Origin: Heteronotia binoei
Taxonomy: Eukaryota
NCBI RefSeq assembly: GCF_032191835.1
Contig: NC_083229.1
Location: 53,630,001 to 53,694,000 of the forward strand
DNA length: 64,000 bases
Reading direction: 5' to 3'
Part shown: one piece after another, positions 60,319 through 64,000 of the stretch
Layout of the letters: every line of letters starts with the position of its first letter
Numbering within the stretch: position 1 is the first letter of the stretch
Position numbers and translations under genes: made by a program
The notes under the pieces: generated by a model
What the model was told of the DNA's origin: nothing
Databases searched by the model: none
What the model saw: the letters and a program-made list of their open reading frames with translations, nothing else

Positions 60319-63300
60319 TCTTTTGAAATTCCTTTATAAGAGAACTGATATTCTTAGGTCAGCAACTGAATTGTCCTGGAAGGTTAAAATGTTCCTCTGC
60401 TGGTTTTATATCTCCACGTCTACTACCCCTCTGCATATCACACCTCATCCAATCACACCTATTGCCATTTGGCATCTGAAATCATCTTTATAAAATTTAT
60501 ATCCCCGGTACTTCATGTTGTATTTTATAGCACATACGCCCCAGCAAAGCGACATTTATGTCAGATCTGGCCCTCATAATAAATGAGTTTCACGCCTCTG
60601 GTCTAGAGGCTGCTGGACTATAAAATAACAATGGAGGCTGCAGCCCCCTGGGCAGTACCAAGGGAAGCAGTGGCTACTCTCTATTCCTCCACTGTGTTCA
60701 CTGCTTTAGTTTAGCACGATTAGATACTTTTTTACACCCTCTTTAAGATAGTATTTTTTGCTTTCTTGGCTTGGATCCAAAGTAGTGAGCTGAACAAAGT
60801 TCACAGAATGGGGCTTCCCTCCCTCCCTCCCTCCCTCGTAGGCCCTAGCTCTCAGCCCATTGTGCTCCTGGACATAAAAGATTTAGATTTATACCCCACT
60901 CTTCACATGGAGTCTCAGAGCGGCTTACAATCTCCTTCCCTTCCGTTTCCCACAACAGACACCCTATGAGGTAGCTGGGGCTGAGAGAACTGCAACTGAT
61001 CCAAGGTCAACCAGCTGTTGCATGTGGAGGAGGTTTGGAAAATCAAACCTGGCTCTTCAGATTAGAGTCTGCTATTTTAAGAAAATACTCAGATTTTCTT
61101 GGAGTGAGTGGGGTCTGCATTGGAAAATTGACAAAATTTGGCAAATTGGCAAAAATCGTTCCTCTGGCTACTGTTAGCAGAACTACTATTTTGGTAGTTC
61201 AAGTGCTGTGTTACAGTGCCAGAACAGCAAAGAAACATTCAGATGAAAAGAATATTTTGTGGAAGGGATTCAGTTCCTTTCAAAATATCAACTATTCTCA
61301 GTAGCTTTTAAGTTGGCAAGCATTGATGATATGAGAATAAGTGCAATTCCAGTAAGGTGTGCTGTCAGTGTCTATGAGATCTGGCTGTTTGGTACTGCAA
61401 AGTACAGTTGCTATGCAACCAGCCCATCAGATGAATATATAACTGGAAGGAGAGGTAAGTGGCAAAATAGCTATGCTGTGAAGGTGGTGGGGATAAAACT
61501 ATTCCATTAGTTACAGCAGCTACCAAATACTTTATACATACGTGTGTGTATATAGCACATGGATGAAACATCTGATACAATTCAAGTGGATGCTAAGACA
61601 AACTTGTTAAATATTGCATATTGATTACAGCAGTGATTCCTGAACTATATTGAAGGAACGGGAGGTTGAAATAGGCCTGTACACCTTATCACAAGCATTC
61701 ATCAGTCAACCTATCACAGGAGTATTGCAGACTTTTATGCCTTTTGTATGTTACTACTTATTATAGTAAATCTTGGACTATACTATGGTTAGAATCACAT
61801 CACTTTCTCTGTGATAATCCAACAAGATATAAAACTACTAGTTATTTTGTCCATCATATTACAAGCAGCACACAACTAGGTTCAAGTTCTGTTGAGCCTT
61901 AGAGACCAATGAGATGTTTAGGTTATAAGCTTTCAAGAGTCAAAGCTCCCTTTGTCAGATACAAGCAGGAATGGGGATCCATGGCACTTTCTACTATGGC
62001 AGACTGACATGGCTACCCTCAGAGCAGCAAATAAGGACTCTTACAAATTTACTCTACTGAAGAGCAATGAAATAAGCAACATTGTGCTGTTTCAGGACCC
62101 CCTTTTCCTCCCTGCTTCTGACAGAGCAGGAAGACTATAGTGCACACAAGAGATTGAAAGGGATATACTGAGACTCTTTGCTACATCCTGGGCCATTGGG
62201 GCTGGGGAATCCCAGAAAAATTACTATTGACCAGAAAGCTCCATTCCATCCCCTAAACTCTGACTGGCAGGGCAAAGAGTATATTAGAATTTACTTTTTT
62301 AAAAAATTAAAAATATTCCTCTTTACTGAATATAACTTGTTTTAAGACAAGAGTGTAATACAAGAAAACCTAATGGAGTCTTATGACTGTTATTTTGCTG
62401 GCAACAGATAAACATGGCTTTCACTGTAAAGAACATGGATTCAGAAATGTGCTGCAGCAAACATTAAAGTCGTCTTGTTTCTTTGAGGGGAAAAAATTAT
62501 GGAAAATGTTTTTGTTAACCTGTGACAACAATTAATAGTTTATGGCTGCATTCATGTTTATTTTGTTGTTTCTTTTGACTTACCGAGTTCAGACCCTGGT
62601 ATTTCCAATTAAAATATCAAGTGATAGCAAATATCTACCTGTAACTAGCCATACAGTAAGCAATACTTACAGGCCAGTGGTCAGACTTGGTATAAAGCAG
62701 CTTCATATGTTAAAAAAAATATAACCAACAAACCAATCCAAACCAAAGCCGTCTATTAAAGCTCTTTTAAAGGGTATTCTGAAAAGCAGTGACGATGTCA
62801 TTGCCCTGACTGGGCTGCAATCTCCTCTTTAAACTTAGTTGTTGTTGTGTCAGTAAATATGCTGTGCAGTGTTGGAAAGAGGCATCTTAACATACTATGC
62901 TGGAATGCTGCAAGTTCTGGAAAATATATCTGCAACTGTTGTTCAAGTTACTAGTGGTTTCAGTGGAACTTTTAACCAAATGGGCTATCAGGCCCCTGAG
63001 CAACTGGCTGTCATCTGCTTTCTTCTCCCTTTATCTTGCTTCTTTCTGTATCACAACTTACTTTGCCAGGATTGCTCAGTCACACAGCCTTAAATAGGGG
63101 ATCCCTTTGACCAGCAGAAGAGTTGGATTTTTTTTACCTTGCTTTTCTCTACCCTAAGGAGTCTCAAAGTGGTTTACAATTGCCTTGCCTTCCTCTTCCC
63201 ACAACAGGTACTTTGTGAAGTAGGTGGAGCTGAGAGAGTTCTGAGAGAATTATGACTGACCCAAGGTCAACTATCAGGCTTCATGTGGTGAAAGGGGAGG

Positions 63301-64000
63301 GGGTCAAATCCAGTTCTCCAGAGTCTGCTGCTCTTAACCACAACACCAACTGACACTTATTTAGGTAATGCTGCAGGCTGCACTGAGTGGTTTAGATGGA
63401 GTGGCCAATAAATCTCCAACAATAATTTACCTTTGGTCAATAGTTTAATATAACAATCCAATGCAGAGTTACACCATTTCTGTTTTGAGCACGTGGTGTA
63501 ATTTGTTTACTCACTGAGCTGGAAAGGTTTTTAAAGTATTTTACTTGTAATCTGTCTCCAGAAGGATTTCCTGGGTATAAACTCTGCAGGCAGGACAGGG
63601 AGGGATGGGTTGATGAAGGTGTTACATTGTACATCAAAGAGGACATGGAATAAAATATGTTAGAAAACATAAGAAGAAAACTCCCCAACAGAAGTGATAT
63701 GGGTGGAAATACTAAGCTGTAAGGGTTACTTAAAAGTGGGGGTGTACTATTACTCATCTGATTAAACCCTTGAGGCTGATCTTGAGATGGAAACAGGAAT
63801 AAGGGAAGTGACTAAAGCGTTATTATACTGAGATACACTTCAATTACCCTCATATTGACTAGGTAAACATGTGCTCGAGTCATGCTATAGAAATGAGATT
63901 CCTAGACATCATAAATGACTGAACACTGGAACAGCTGGTCACAGAACCAGCCAGAAGGGGTAGTGATCTTGACCTTGGTTCTGAGCAGGTCTCAAGACAA

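Larger units (their letters stand above)
58774..60600 (+). mobile_element. Older non-autonomous hAT element (outer copy) containing nested insertions
   Basis: Starts TAGGGGTGTCAAA and ends GAGTTTCACGCCTCTG; near-matching 8-bp TSD GTCCAGAG / GTCTAGAG; internal sequence is similar to the inner copy. Confidence 0.6.

Overview
Vertebrate (squamate reptile, probably gecko-like, inferred from its repeat families) genomic DNA from the LY96-TMEM70-ELOC region. Four intact multi-exon genes can be reconstructed by hand. LY96/MD-2 (minus strand, 5 exons, 166 aa, one GC-AG intron), TMEM70 (minus, 3 exons, 265 aa), HAUS3 (minus, 4 coding exons, 603 aa) and ELOC/elongin C (plus, 3 coding exons, 112 aa). 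The main surprise is an intron-containing HAUS3 between TMEM70 and ELOC, sharing a divergent CpG-rich promoter with ELOC. In human, TMEM70 and ELOC are directly head-to-head and HAUS3 lies in the POLN locus on another chromosome. The rest is repeat-rich: a full-length decayed L1 with target-site duplication (TSD) in ELOC intron 2, an internally deleted CR1, L2/RTE/Penelope-like fragments, Sauria-type, tRNA- and 5S-derived SINEs, hAT MITEs, and a near-perfect 287-bp hairpin MITE upstream of LY96. All calls are from manual reading and remembered protein sequences; no searches were run, and many repeat boundaries are approximate.
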